Positions 1 to 13,996 of a stretch of 64,000 nucleotides of DNA are shown in pieces. The stretch lies in contig NW_027266343.1 in assembly GCF_022045235.1 (NCBI RefSeq), forward strand, positions 31,930,001 through 31,994,000. Direction: 5' to 3'. The notes under the pieces are model-generated. The model was given only the letters and a program-made list of their open reading frames with translations, ran no database searches and was not told the origin of the DNA. The translations under genes and the position numbers were made by a program. Source of the stretch: Haliotis cracherodii (taxonomy: Eukaryota). Position 1 is the first letter of the stretch. Each line of letters begins with the position of its first letter.

Positions 1-1619
1 GGGGTTCTCTTTCAATCAAATCCAATTAAACATGATCATATGACCAGTCACGCACGTTCATCACATCACTTGGTGCACAGGTCAACAGGAGGCCCGTCCA
101 TATCTGTGATGATTGTGGCTCGTGCACTTGAACACTGTTTGAACTAACGTACTTCAACAAGTCCACGCCAGTCTCTCATAACATCCCCTTTATCTTCTGA
201 AATAGAAAATCAGTTTAACCAAGAACAATAACACTTTTAATCTTAAATTAGTTTCAGAAATGTCAGATGCACCTAATGCTTTGGTCAACATAAAACATCT
301 CATATTTCATGATTGAGAATCGAGATGTTCTTTAAAAGAAATCAACACTTCCCTAGGTAGTGTGGCTAATCCACAACAACAGAGGGATATGGAACGATGA
401 TAACACTTCCTTCATTATAACTTTCTGACATAAAACGCTACTGTCTCGGTGATAATTGTTCCGGAATCGTGCATCTTCCTCTCCCAGCTGACGTAAAGGC
501 GTTGTGTGGTTAGAGCTTCGACCGCTTCCCTGTCAAGCCTCTGTTTGATAGGCAGTATTCTGTGTGCATATTTTGTTTTATATCTCTTGGATACGCAAAT
601 CAGTGTCTTTTGTAGGCTACTTGCAAGCGCATAACCGTTATCAAACTGAATACCATGTGAATTTTCAAGGGCAGGTAATCAGTTTCTCGCCTTATTAGCA
701 ACAGAAGCTATAGAAGTGCTTCAGACGGAACCAGGGGGGCGTTGCGCTTGGAATTATGGGAAGCGCGGGTCTCCATGACCCAGATACTTCCAATTTGACG
801 ATATTTTTAGACAACATTGACATTTGGATACTTCAGGAGACTCATAAAAAATGAAATGAATAAAAGAAAGGGTATCGGTGAAGGCTGAGTGATCTGAATT
901 TCACTCGTGAATATTTTAAGGTCACTGCGCCGTGTAAGACTAGATGTGGGCATCGGCTTCACCAATAATGTATCGGGGGCAACGTATCCGTCATTTACCT
1001 TCTGAAATATGAAATGTTTTTATTCAGAAGAAAGACATTTGGTCTCTTGTGATCACGGAACATGGTACAGTCCAGATGAATCCAGCTTTGAAGGATATTG
1101 AAATCTGCTGTCGATCAATGGCCCAGCTTGACAGCCCTCCTTTGCGTTCTACAGTGATCACGTTAAATGTAAATCACTATTACAACATTTCATATCAATT
1201 TGTTGTAGGAAATAACTCTTAACTCGTTGATTACAGCCATCGAGCGCCTTGAATCAATTCTCATCAGAAAGTAAGTTGATGCCCACGTGAAGAGGTCCCC
1301 TTGCTAGACGCATCAAGCACAGAAGTCGCTTTCGGACGCCAACAGTTAATTGCATGGAACAAGAAATATTGCTTCAGAAACAAATTCAATTGTAAAACTA
1401 TCTCTGACACCTATGTCTCTTCTGTCAAGGGCCATCATTTGCTACTTTGAAATCAAAGACTATGCCGAAACAATATAATCTCCAATCAATCATTGTCTTC
1501 TTTCATCGACTTGCCTAACATAAATTGGATTCTTTTATGTTTTATTTTTAAATTAACGTCTGTCCTCATGGCCCTATAGACCCAAAAGCTGTCTGTATTC
1601 TTATGGATAAAGAAAATAA

Positions 1620-2150
1620 TTCAACAAGAAATCAGACGACAAGAAATATCTGGGAATTGCAATATAATTGAGAATGTTCAAACAATTCCTCATTGACACC
1701 AATAATAACTTGGTTGGCAGCATGTATAATCCAATACATGCGTCCCGTTGTTGCCAAGGTTAAATGGTCTAGTGTTTGGGTCCAGATTCCACCCAATGAT
1801 TGCTCTTGGTTTTTTCAGCACCATATTGGTACTTGTTAGTTTAAAAGTGGTAAATGTTTAAGAATATGAAGAATGTTCAATCAATTCCTCACTGACATCA
1901 GTATATCTCAGTGGGCAACATGCTTAATCCAATTATGCCTCCCTTTGCTGCTTCAGTCAAATAGTGATGGGTTGGGGTCCAGATTCGACTCAGCTCTCCC
2001 TTGGTTTTCTTAACACCATATCTGTGAGTTTTATTTTTACGAAAGCAGCAAATGACTTAGAGCCGTTTCACTTCTAGCGTTATTGCTATAATATGAAGCA
2101 GATTCGCCTTAATATAAACCTGAAATGCTGCTACAAGTGGGGTCAACGCA
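1620..2150 (+). repeat. Degenerate SINE-derived tandem repeat inserted in L copy 1
   Basis: Repeated AATATGAAGAATGTTCAAACAATTCCTCA...CAGCACCAT...AAAGTGGTAAATG units sharing the core of the SINE at 27180-27424. Equivalent blocks at ~8600-9170, 16620-17400, 23070-23400. Confidence 0.75.
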
Positions 2151-4084
2151 CTCGATACAATTCAATCCAACTCTCGAGATATTTGAATCAATAATTAATT
2201 GGGTAAAACATGTTAAATATTCCAATAATATAAACACGGAGACAAAGTGGACAGTTTAAAGAAGACGTTTGACGCTTGGTTTCTGAAACTGTAGAGACTC
2301 GCTTCATTTAGAGTCATAACATTACAGTCATGGCTGGGCGTAAGTGTAGATAATATGGTTCAAGGACTGCGACAGAATAACGAAGATGTATGAAAGAGGT
2401 GATTTATTAGTTTACCAAGGCACTTTCACAGTTGTCTTCCTTAGACGACTTTTCAACGGCAATGTTCAAGGTCCAGTATTTTTCGCATATTCCTGCAAGT
2501 TGTGACGTCATTACCTTGTGTGTGCATATTTACGCAGGGAGCTGTTCACTCAAAGATAACCATTCATTGCGTAAAAGATGTAACAATGTATCAAATAAGA
2601 AATAATATAACAACCGGGAAATAAACTACGACGCAAATGAAAGTATTCATCCATGTTTGATGATGCCAAAACATGAAACAAACAAAAAATGGATATTCGA
2701 TGGTGTGGTATTTGATATAAGTATCACAGGCGATATTGAGCTTTGAGTTTGCAGTCCTACTGCTATTCATTTCATCCTGGTAACATTTTGATAACGTTTG
2801 TTACCTTTAGGTCCAATCCAATTTCCCAGTGTATACTGACTTTTGCCCTGCAGTTAAGCGTCAGTATTCATCACAATATATGCTTGTATGTCATGGATAT
2901 AAAGTATTCATGTACATAATGATATGTAAGAATGAAAATGTTAAATTATTTGGACTGATATGGAGCTCCAAACATCCGCCCCTTCACTAGGAATACTTGG
3001 ATAACGAAAGGCGGTGAGTTGTTTCGGAATGTTATATGCTTACAAACACGTTAAAGCACCTAACTAACCAGTTAATAGAAGAAATCATTGCGAGAAATGT
3101 GAAGGAAAATATGTACCAGGTAAATTCAAAAAAAAATCTTTGCAAGCTTTTGTTGAGAGTTACCACCCTTGTTTACCACTTTGACGTCAGACAGAGTAAA
3201 CCATTAAACTCTCCAACCAGTGATTATACCCAGATATTATTTGAGGACAACTTAATTTGATACAGGGCACGTTTAACCTTTGAAATATTGACGAGTAGCT
3301 GCATAGGCCAGATTAATTGAAACAAGTCTGCCGCGCAAAACAGGCGCACTTGATTGGTCTACGAGAAGCGCTGAAGATCTCATTACTGAGTCCACCATTT
3401 GAGATTTAAGCACAGTGACACATAACTCATGCTAACTCAGTTACATGTGGAGGAAGGATTGATGTGACTGACAACATAATCAGTTTGGAAAGAATGCCTC
3501 ACACCATGGCCAAAACCGATTCCAAACTCACGTTGTTTTAGCACTAAGAAACTCTTCATTGCATGGAATTCGATCTGTGAAACAGAGATGTTAAAGTTCC
3601 AATGAGGCGAACTAACTGGCATTCATGAGGGATATTAGCGTCTGTGAGATTCTGAATAAAAGGTCAAGATATTGTGTGAATGACTTCAGCACAAAATATG
3701 AATGAAAAAGATTGTTGTGATTTTTCTACCATTCTTGATGATTTAGAGGTCAAACTGACCTCTAGGCTGACTCTTGTGTAATGCTTAAAGGTGAGGACAG
3801 TGATTTTCTACGCCAGAAATATACCAGATAAGCATGTTTCAAAATCCCTGCAAACGTATCAAGAAGTTGTATTCATCAAGAAACCTGAAGGGTTTTGACA
3901 GTCGCTATTTCTGAAGACGCATATTTGGTAATACCTTTAAACTGATATTTGATTCAATAAGAACAGCAAGAAGAGCCCCGAGGCTACCAACACATCTTCC
4001 TGAACTCAGACATCTGTCTAAATAGACCTGAATCAAGGACTACTGTCCCTATTATCATGCCAGGATTTCCTATCACATGTATCA

Positions 4085-4280
4085 GTGAGTGAGTGAGTGA
4101 GTTGGGCTTAACACCGCTTTTAACAGTATTCCAGTCCACGGCGTGTCAGCTTAATGTGAGAGGAAAGCCCGAAGTGATGCAGGTATCAGACGTTTACCAC
4201 TTCGCTGAAACCCACGAGCACGGGTATGGTGCTGACAAACCTAGAAACATAATCGGGGCGAACCGGGATTCGAACCCACA
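4085..4280 (-). mobile_element. tRNA-derived SINE (type A) inserted in EVE copy 1
   Basis: Reverse complement of the element at 27180-27424; (GTGA)n tail at 4085-4102 and box B-like GGTTCGAATCCC on the - strand. Confidence 0.85.
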
Positions 4281-5084
4281 CTCTGTCTTCTTGGGACCGA
4301 CATAATTTTCATCACGAGGCCTTGGCACGAAAGTCAGAACCCTTACAGGCATATGGATATCTTATCAAGATAAAATACAACGGCCAAAAGAATGCAAAGA
4401 CACGAGTTATCCCCCACGCTTGTTGGAGAAATGTTTGTAGAGGTACCTTGCAACGCATCAATAGAAACGTCCATATCATGTTACTATTCTCTCACGGGTC
4501 CCGCGGCGAACTTCAGAGAAGGACAAAGAGGAACCGATGCTTAAAACCTCCATAATCTGGAAATTTCACACTGAAACGTTAATTTTGGTCAGTTGGAATG
4601 TTCATGACATTCACGTAACTAAGGAATAGGGTAGCGGATAATGTCACAGCCCCTGGGTTTTTATTTAATAAGCTTCGAATTTCCAATATTATCTCATTTC
4701 AGCACCCCACCTGCAAATAAATGTAATTCCATCGTGAATGGACTGCCGTCAATATGACAATCTCAATGATCTTAGGTTCAGAATTACTGCTCGGTGCTCC
4801 CTTTAATTGGGAACAATGCTAAGAAAAAGTGATCAGTCACCAGCTGCGTCCCCTGCGGTTCGGGTTTCGCTGCAACTTCCATCACTGTAGCATGTCAATC
4901 TTTTCTGTGCTCTGGGTTCAGAAAGAAATAGGATAAATCGTCAGATATGGACTAACGTAAATACGTAATACTAACAATAATACATAAATGTCATCAACAC
5001 TAGGTAAGTAGAAAAATAAGTGCAGTTTTGTGTCCAGAAAGAGATGGTCGAACATTGAAAGAAAGTATTTAAATATTAATTATC

Positions 5085-5320
5085 AACGTCAGCGGTGGTG
5101 TCAGGAACGTCACGAGTAGGATCAGTGACCTCACGACCAAGGTCATAAACGTTGAATTGTGTTTTTCGTCAAGGTGATAGTTTTACATGTATTCATCACT
5201 GGAATGTCATCGATGTCAAGGATGCATGTCAGAGTGTCCTCAATGTCACACGTTGTACCATGAACGTTACGAGCAGGGCCGTGAATGTGATGGTCACAGG
5301 AATGTCATCAATGTCACTCT
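5085..5320. repeat. Degenerate 21-bp minisatellite
   Basis: Remnants of GGTAGGGTCATGAACGTCACG. Confidence 0.7.
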
Positions 5321-5339
5321 GCAAAAACATAAATTCAAG

Positions 5340-6300
5340 TTATGAGGATCAGTGAAAGTTGTGGTTAGGTTATTTGAACGCTAAGTCAACAAACAACTTA
5401 CAGACTTGTGCCCCTATGGGTGACATGAAGCATGATACTGCTTACTCGTGTCTGCACTTTACTCGTAACTTAATATATTCGAGTGATTATTCAACACAAT
5501 ATTCAGCACAACTCTAGTCGATTCTGACTTCAACTCCTCTGATCTGCCTGACCCTATTTTCTAAATAACTGCTTCCTGCACAGTTACCCATTACAGCGAG
5601 ATCTCAGACGGTTCCAGAGTGTTTTCGATTCATAGTAAACAAGGAGACTTCAGCCTGGCCAGATTGGTCGGCTAAGTGCCTAAGCGTTACTTACAACGAT
5701 TTTATTACAATGTATCTGCACTCACCTTACGTAAAAACATAAATCAGAACATCAAGCATTAAACACCGGGTTGTTTATATACTTCATAAACTGTTCTGTC
5801 TCGCCACAAATAGTAACATAAATGCCATGGAAGTTCAGAGCAATGCAGAGCCCGCCTTCTAGACATTGTTGTCATGTTCTGGCTACTCTTTGACCACCCA
5901 AGGTTACCCAACTGAACATGGTTGGGACGTGCGAGCCTCTCTTAATTGCATGTTCGTTGGACTGTTTCTTTTATTTCCTAATTAACTTATAAACATAATC
6001 ATATAAGTTTTTGCTGTAAAACTAAAATGTTGATATATAGATTCATACAAAACTTTATTTATTTCTAGAGATTTATATATAACTTTTATCAAATGTTTGT
6101 TTTCATGAGATCTCTTAAACAAATTCTTGCTCTGAGATCTTGGCAGCACCCTGTTACTCAGAAATTAAGTGTTTGCATAAAATCATTCTTACGCTTAAAG
6201 TCCTCCTATTTTCCTCTTCTGAAAGAAACAAAAGTATTCATATTGGTTACCTTGAATTTAGATGACGATATAATGTCAATCACGATGAAATAAAGTATAG
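5340..6300 (-). other. Unassigned decayed coding-like segment of the array-1 unit (also ~13300-14530, 26560-27090)
   Basis: A - strand frame reads ~230 codons with few stops across copies (HVPTMFSWVTLGGQRVART...LARLKSPCL...WKIGSGRSEERKSELNRVVLNIVLN). No family recognised. Confidence 0.3.
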
Positions 6301-6499
6301 TACTAACAGTAAATTGTTTCTCACATCCCAAATAGATTAATTGATGTTGATAGACATGATTTATCCCTATTTTCATAGATATATGCCTTGTGTAATAAAA
6401 TACGCATTGTTTTATATTTTGACAGTTTTGTAAAGATATTCATTATTATTCAATATTTTTGTATGACATTTTGTTTCGGTAGATCCTTGTACTAAGTAG

Positions 6500-6730
6500 A
6501 GAAAATGTTGGATGTTGTTCTTTTACAAATGTTCGAATAGAGATATCTGGTCAAATCTAGGTTGTCCGTATCTGTTGTTCAGAGATACCGAGGCTCATCA
6601 CAGTCAAAAACTTTTTCTTATCACGTCGTGGAACATCAAAGGTGGGCTTCACACAATGTCTACATATATTGAGAATCGAATCCTGGTCTGCAGCGTAACG
6701 AACCAGCGCATTAACCACCAGACTACCTCT
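6500..6730 (-). mobile_element. Degenerate tRNA-derived SINE
   Basis: - strand head GGTAGTCTGGTGGTTAATGCG...GGATTCGATTCTC with A/B-box-like motifs. Confidence 0.6.
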
Positions 6731-7274
6731 TCCCTCTTTTCAAGTGAATGTTTTATGTAGAAGGTAATCATCGATCGCTCATTCCAAGCGCTGCCTCAAA
6801 CGATGCTTACATTAACATGCTAATGCTAGTGTCACTGAGTACATCTTCACATGAGTCTTATATGGTACCACAATGACGTATTGTGCAGTGATGGAATTAC
6901 TTTTAGCTCACGTGTTACTGTACGTCTTCAAGCCTTTTGATACACCTCGATGTCTTCCTTTTATGATGCTTCATACGGTTATATTTTCCAATGCTGTCTA
7001 TGTCGTGACATGTACAACTACACACGTCATGTTGATAATTTCAGCTAGAAATATAACTTTTATAACCAATTTCACTTCACCGCATGTCCCGAACGTCAGA
7101 TAACTCGATGTTTATTCGTGTTACCAAGCAATCCGATTTAAACCGTTTCATATTGATGCCAGCAACTGCTATGCTAAACCGTGGTCAGATTTAGATTATT
7201 ATACGATTAATCGAATTTGATTTTGATTTTAATTGATCTGTATCATTACAAACAGACAGTTCGCGTTCATATGC

Positions 7275-7470
7275 TTGTGATCCCCATTGGAAACCGTGAT
7301 AAAATAGGTCTCCAGAACTTTATCGCTGGTCGTAAGAGGTGCCAGAAATTGATCGGGTGGTCAGACTTCCGTTTGACAAAGCCAAGGCGTGTGTTTGTAC
7401 TTGTGAGGACTCATGCTAGTTGTGTAGTGCTAGTCGACTGAGACACCACGCCGCAGTTTAACTCTTCCCT
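7275..7470 (+). mobile_element. Degenerate SINE (type B)
   Basis: GGTCGTAAGAGG...GATCGGGTGGTCAGAC core shared with 31176-31449. Confidence 0.65.
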
Positions 7471-9912
7471 ATATAGCCTGGCTATTCTACGACTACAGAG
7501 AGATATAGAACGATGATAACAGTTCCTTCATTATAACTTTCTGACATCAAACGCTACTGTCTCGGTGATAATTGTTCCGGAATCGTGCATCTTCCTCTCC
7601 CAACAGACGTAAAGGCGTTGTATAGCGTGAGCTTCGACAGTTTTTATGTCAAGCCTTAGTTTCATGAGGAGTATTCTGTGTGCAGCGCGTGATGTGCGCG
7701 CGCATCAAGTAAGGACATCGTGTTTGATGATAGCAAAAGATCTTGTTTTATATCTCTTCGATACGCAAATCAGTGTCTTTTAAAGGCTGCTTGCAAGCGC
7801 ATAACCGTTATCAAAATTAATACTGTGAGCATTTTCAAGGGCGGGTAATCAGTTTCTCGGCTGATTAGCCACAGAATATAGAAGTGCTTTAAACGGAATT
7901 ACGAGGACGTCGCGCTTGGAATTATGGGATGCGCAGGTCTCCCTGACCCAAATATTGACGTAGAGGTGCTAATTCGTTAAGGTCACAGCGCCGTTTAAAA
8001 CCAGATGTGGGCATCGGCTGCACCCATAATGCATCGGGGGCGACGTATCCGTTATTTAACGTCTGAAATATGAAATGTTTTTATTCAGAAGAAAGACATT
8101 TGCTCTCCTGTGATCACGGAACCTGGTACGGGCCCGATTACGATCAATGACCCAGTTTGACAGCCCTCCTTTGCGCTCTACATTGATCACGTTGAATGTA
8201 AATCATTATTATAACATTTCATATCAATTCGTTGTAGGAAATAACACTACCTCGTCGATTACAGTCATCGAGCGACTTAAATCAATTCTCATCAGAAAGT
8301 AACTTGATGCCCACGTGCCGGGCTCCCCTTTCAAGATGCAACAAGCACTGAAGGCGTTTTCGGACGCAAACAGTTAATTGCATGGAACAAGAAATATTGC
8401 TTCAGAAACGTTTCTTCAACAGACTTTAATTCAATTGTAAAACTACCTCCGACACCTATGCCTCTTCTGTCAAGGGCTATCCGTTCCTTCTTTGTGGCGA
8501 AGAAATCAAAGACTACGCCAAAAACAATATAATCTCCAATCAATCATTTTCTTCTTTAATCGACTTGACTATGCAAGTATCGGCACATCAATTGGATTCT
8601 ATAAAATAATTTAACAAGAAAACACACGTCAAGAAATAGCTGGGAATTGCCTTATAATTGAACAGTATAAAATCCATTTACGTCAATATGAAGAATGTTC
8701 AAACAATTCCTCATTGACATCAATGTAACTGAGTGGGTGGCATGTACAATACCATACATGCGTTCCTTTGTTGCCAGGATCATAACGGTCTTTGGTTCGG
8801 GTTCAGATTCCACCCAATTATGTATCTTGGTTTCGTCAGCACCATACCCGTGCTTCTTAGTTTCAAATCGGTATATGTTTAAGAATATGAAGAATGTCAA
8901 AACGATTCATCACTGACCTCAGCATATTTCAGTGGGCAACATGCATAACCCAAATAAGCGTCCCTTTGCTGCGAGAATCCAATAGTGGTGGGTTGGAGTC
9001 CAGATTCGACTCAGATCTCCCTTGTTTTTCTCAGGACCATATCCGTCAGTTTTAGTTTTCCGAAAGTGGGAAATGCATAGGAGCTTCTTCACTTCGGGCG
9101 TTCCTCCAATATTAAGCAGACCCGACTTACCATATGCCTGAAATTGTTCTACAAGTGGAGTCAACTCACTCGATACAATTCAATCCAAATCTCGAGATGT
9201 TTGAATCAATACTCAATTGGGTAAAACATGTTAAATATTCCAATAATATAGACAAGGAATCTAAGTGGACAGTTTGACGAAGTTGTTAGACGCATAACCT
9301 CTGAAACTGTAGAGACTTGCTTCATTTAGAGCTATAACATAATCGCTTGGCGCAATGGTACATAATATGGTTAAGGGACTGCGACAGACTAACGAAGATG
9401 TATGAAGCGGCGATTTATTTGTTTTCTAAGGCACTTTCCCCCCTTATCTTCCTCAGTCACACGACTTTCCAACGGCAATGTTTCAAGTCCAGTATTTTTC
9501 GAGCATTCATCCTCTTGGATCCTTATCATTTTGCACGTAGTTGTGACGTCATTGCCTTGTGTGTACATATTTACGCAGGGAACGGTTCCCCCGCAGACGA
9601 AGTCCAGTCTTAACTGTGCATTGCGTAAATCTATAAAGGTATAGCAAATGATTAATGATATAACAATAGGGAAATAAACTGCGGCGCACAAGAAATGTGA
9701 TGTGTTTGATACAGGTATCACAGGCGATATTGGACCTTACGTCTGCAGTGTTTCGGCGACTGTTTTCAGCACACCATTACTCACCAGTATGCCCCGATAT
9801 CGTTGAAGGAAAAATTTATTTGATTAAGATCAAGTTTAATATTTAAAATATTGACAGTTTCAGTTTCAGTTTCAGTGTTATTTCTTTGAAAAAACCAACA
9901 ACGGTGGTACAA

Positions 9913-9914
<2 letters not shown>

Positions 9915-9981
<67 letters not shown>
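9915..9981. repeat. (AT)n microsatellite
   Basis: Perfect dinucleotide run. Confidence 0.99.
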
Positions 9982-9983
<2 letters not shown>

Positions 9984-10689
9984 ACATATAATATACAATG
10001 CAGATCAAGATGGTAACAAGCCTCAATAAAACAAAGTGGCTATATTTGATCCACAGGCCAGATTGGTTAAAACAAGTCTGCTGCGCATCACGGGCGCACT
10101 TGATTGGTCCAGGAGAAGAGATGAAGATCTCATTACTGAGTCCACCATTTGAGACTTAGCCACAGCGAAACACAACTCATGCTAACCCAGTTACAAGTCG
10201 AGGAAGGATTGATGTGACTGACAACATAATCAGTTCGGAGAGAAGGCCTTAAACGTGGCAGATACTTTGACAAACTCGATTTTTAAATTCGATCCAATAT
10301 TCACGATTCCAATATTTTTAGCACTAAGAAACTCTTCACCGCTTCAATCTGTGGAACAGAGATGTTTAAGTTCCAATGAGGTGAATAACTGGCATTTATG
10401 AGGGATAATGGAGTTAGGGAGATTTTGAATAAGAGGCCAAGATATGGCGTGAATGATATTAACACCATATGAATGTACAAATCGAAATTGTGTTCATCAA
10501 GAAAAAAGTTCAACCTGGACGAATTTATTTCCGGAAGATTCAGTAAGAACTGTCAGAAGAGCTTCTTTCTCATCCCAAACACAAGATATGAATGTATCAG
10601 ACTTTTGAGATATTTCTGCCTTTCTTGATGATTTAAAGGTCAAACTGACCTCTCAGCGTCCCCTTGTGTCATGTGTAAAGGTTAAGGTA

Positions 10690-11535
10690 ATTATTTTGTA
10701 TTATATACTTCAGTGTGAAAGACAAAAGTTGACAAAATAGATATTTTCATTTCAGTGAACATAACACAGGATATGTCATTGCAGTGAACTTAACTTTTGA
10801 TATTTCCCTGCTGTGAACATAACACGTTAACGGAACTATTGTCATACCACAGTTACTTCTCCTCAAATTGTCTCCCTTTATCATAAGTGCCTGGCCCGTA
10901 CACAAACTGTTGACTTCCTTTTTTCGTTAGTTCCACATTGAAAAGGCAAAATAATGACAGATGGTCATTTATGGAGTTAATATCGCTTCACGGCATATGT
11001 TATTCTCTTAAAAATGTTTCGTTATAAACTGTACATTTCTCATTCTAACTCAATCGAGACTGTTTGTTTCACAAAGCGCATTTTTTGTTACTTGACCAGC
11101 TTGATTCTTTTGCTTCCAAAAGCGGCTTCGAAGTTTTCAAGAATACTTTTTTATTTTGTGTATTATTTAAAACATATCATATCATATATCATATTATCTA
11201 TTTGTATGATAAACAATTTTCATGACCCTAAATAGTTTTTGATACTTTTGTTTATATTTTTTTTTGAGATTTTGCAAACACGAACTAATTGTTTAGTCGC
11301 AAATATAAGGTGTGACGAATAGTCCCGGTGTATTAATTAGGGAGAATTTTACGTTTCAAGGATTTTCATTTGTAATTAAATAATTTAATTTTTCGGTACG
11401 ACACTAAAAAAATATAACACATAGGATATTCCATGTGTCGAGTGAAATATCATGTTTCTCACATCGAATGACCGGGTGAAGGAGATATTTTCACGAGTGG
11501 CGTAGCCACATGAAATATCCCCCATGTCTGCCATA
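10690..11535. mobile_element. Non-autonomous DNA-element-like insertion in EVE copy 2
   Basis: Absent from copies 1 and 3; contains the hairpin TTTTCACGAGTGGCGTAGCCACATGAAA. Confidence 0.65.
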
Positions 11536-12779
11536 AATATATTATTTGAGCATGTTACAATGTCCCCTTAAAAGTACTCAAAGAAATCGTATTCATCAAG
11601 AAAATAATTCAACCTGTAGGTTTTGAACGATTATGTTATGTAGAATATCAAAATTTATGACAGTCGTTATTTCTGAAGATGCATATTTGGTTTTTTTTCA
11701 TTACAATGATATTTGATTCAGTAAGAACAGCGAGAAGGGCCTCTTGGATACCAACAGTTCTTCCTGATCCCAGACATCTGTCTCCATGGACCTGTGTCAA
11801 GGACTACTGCCCCTATTATCATGCCAGGATTTCCTATCACATGTCTCAAGGCAAACAGTCTACATAACGGACACCAATCTTTAAGACAGCATTTATCAAA
11901 ACGCATTCCCCGCAAGCTACCAACAAGAACATTGATAAAATCTGCGTATTTCATTATACCCCATTGGAGAGTATTTCTGTATGTCGCCTGCCACACTCTG
12001 TCATCTTAGGACCCACAAAACTATCGTGAAGATTCATTGCCACGAAGGTCGCAGCCTTGACAGATATATAGGCTCTTATCAAGATAAAATGCAACCGAAG
12101 ACACAAGTAATACCCCCACGCTTGTTGGAGAAATGTTTGTAGAGGTACCTTGCAACGCATCATTAGAACCGTCCACATCATGTAACTATCCTCTCACAGG
12201 TCCCGCAGCGCACTTCAGAAAAGGACAAAGGGAAACCGATGCTTAAAAACTCAATAATCTGGGAAATTCACACTGAAACGTCAATATTGGGCAGTCGGAA
12301 TTTTCACGACCTTCACATATGTAAGGAATAGGGTAGCAGATAATGCCACAGCCACGGGCGTTTTTATTGCTAAGCTTCGAATTTCCAATATTATCTCATG
12401 TCAGCACCCCACCTGCAAATAAATGTAATTTCATCGTGAATAGACTGCCGTCAAAATGACAACCTGAATTGTCTCTGGTTCAGAATAAACAGTGTTCTGT
12501 GCTCCTTTAAATAGGAATCAGGCTAAGAGAATTGATCAGTTACCAACTGCGTCCCCTGTAGCTCGATTTTCACTGCACCTTCCATCACTGTAGTCAATCT
12601 GTCCTATGTTCATGGTTCAGAAAGCAATAGGATAAATCGTCAGATATGGACTAACGTAAATACGTAATACTTACAATAATACATAAATTTCATCAACACT
12701 AGCCGAGTAGAATAAATACTCGCAGTTTTGTGTCATGGAAGAGATCATTGAAAGAAAGTAGTAAATATTTATTATCAAC

Positions 12780-13260
12780 GTTACGGGTAGTATCATGGAC
12801 GTCACGGGGAGGATCAGTGACGTCACGGCCAAGGTCATAAACTTTGAAGGTCAAGGTGATGTTCTAACATGTATTCATCACAGGAATGCCATCGACGTCG
12901 CGGATGAGTATCAGAGTGTTTGAACGTGACGGAAAGGGTCTTGCACGTCACGGGTTGGATCAAGATAGTCACTAGAAGTATCATGAAGGTCACAGTTAGG
13001 GTCCTGAACGTCACGGATATAGTCGTGAATGTCACGGTTGATATGGTCTCTTGTGTATTCATCACAGGGAGGTCATCGACGTCACGGATGAGTGTCATAG
13101 TGCATCAAGTCACGGATAGTGTCATGAACGTCCTGGGTAAAGTCATCAACGCTACGAGTAGGGTCATGAACGTGCATGTGATGGTCTTATACATCACAGG
13201 AAAGTCATCCACATCACGGCGAGGGTCATGCATGTTACAGGAAGGGTAATGAACGTCACA
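12780..13260. repeat. 21-bp minisatellite (degenerate)
   Basis: Periodic GTCATGAACGTCACGG motifs. Confidence 0.85.
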
Positions 13261-13845
13261 TAGAGGCTAGTCAGTGTTTCACGGCAACGGCAACAATACA
13301 AAAGGGTCATGAATAGTTGGAAGGTTATCAAATAAGTTACATATTCTGGCAAGAGCATACTACATTTTAGTATAGGCTGAACACTCTGCAAATGTATAAA
13401 TACAAGTTGTGAGGATCAGTGAAAGTTGTTAGGTTATTTGAATGCTAAATCAACAAACAACTGACAGACTTCTGCCCCTTATCCCCTTAGGGTGTCGTGA
13501 AGCATAAAACCTGCTTACTCATGTCTACACGACTCGCAACTTAATAATTCGAGTGATTATTCAGCACAATATTCAGCACAACTCTATTCAATTCGGACTT
13601 CCTCTCCTCTGATCTGTCTGACCCTACCCATCACAGCGAGACGTCAGACGGTTCTAGAGTGTTTTCGATTTTAGTTAAACAAGGAGACTTCAGCCTGGCC
13701 AGATTGGTCGACTGAGCGCGTAACCGCAGCTCACAGCTAAGTGCCTAAGCGTTACTTACAACGATTTTATCACAATGTTTCTGCACGGACCTTACGTAAA
13801 AACATCAATGAGATTTTCAAGCATTAAACTCCGGCTTGTTACATC

Positions 13846-13996
13846 CAGTAAACTACGTTTATAGCGAACACGCTTATAACGAACCGACGGATAAAATGAA
13901 CTGTTTCATGGTCCCGTCCATTTTTTCTGTATATGTTGTGCATATGCTTTAAACGAACTACGGTTATAATGAATTCGTCATGACCATACTTTACTG
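13846..13996. mobile_element. Short MITE (Tc1/pogo-like CAGT termini)
   Basis: Ends CAGTAAA...TTTACTG followed by TA; absent at the equivalent sites near 5780 and 27050. Confidence 0.7.

Larger units (their letters stand above)
1..5085 (+). pseudogene. Endogenous viral element copy 1: decayed Mononegavirales/Jingchuvirales-like L polymerase
   Basis: IKRYCLGDN (GDN 448-456), MWASASP (~944), QMNPALKDI..LRSTVITLNV (1073-1170), YGSRT (2354-2368), GGGAGCTGTTCAC HR-site remnant (~2537-2549), IIWTDME (2945-2965). Many stops and frameshifts; interrupted by SINE-derived repeats. Confidence 0.82.
7480..12780 (+). pseudogene. L-derived EVE copy 2 (5' truncated, internal deletions and insertions)
   Basis: Collinear with copy 1. 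GDN at 7564-7572; VFDTGITGDIG SAM-loop-like stretch at ~9702-9734. The D/K/E part of the MTase is replaced by an insertion carrying (TA)n. Confidence 0.8.

Noticed and set aside
900-1030. Multi-exon host gene family on the - strand (TTTCAG acceptor-like sites)
   Set aside because: No consistent open exons or donor sites; stops are shared among copies.
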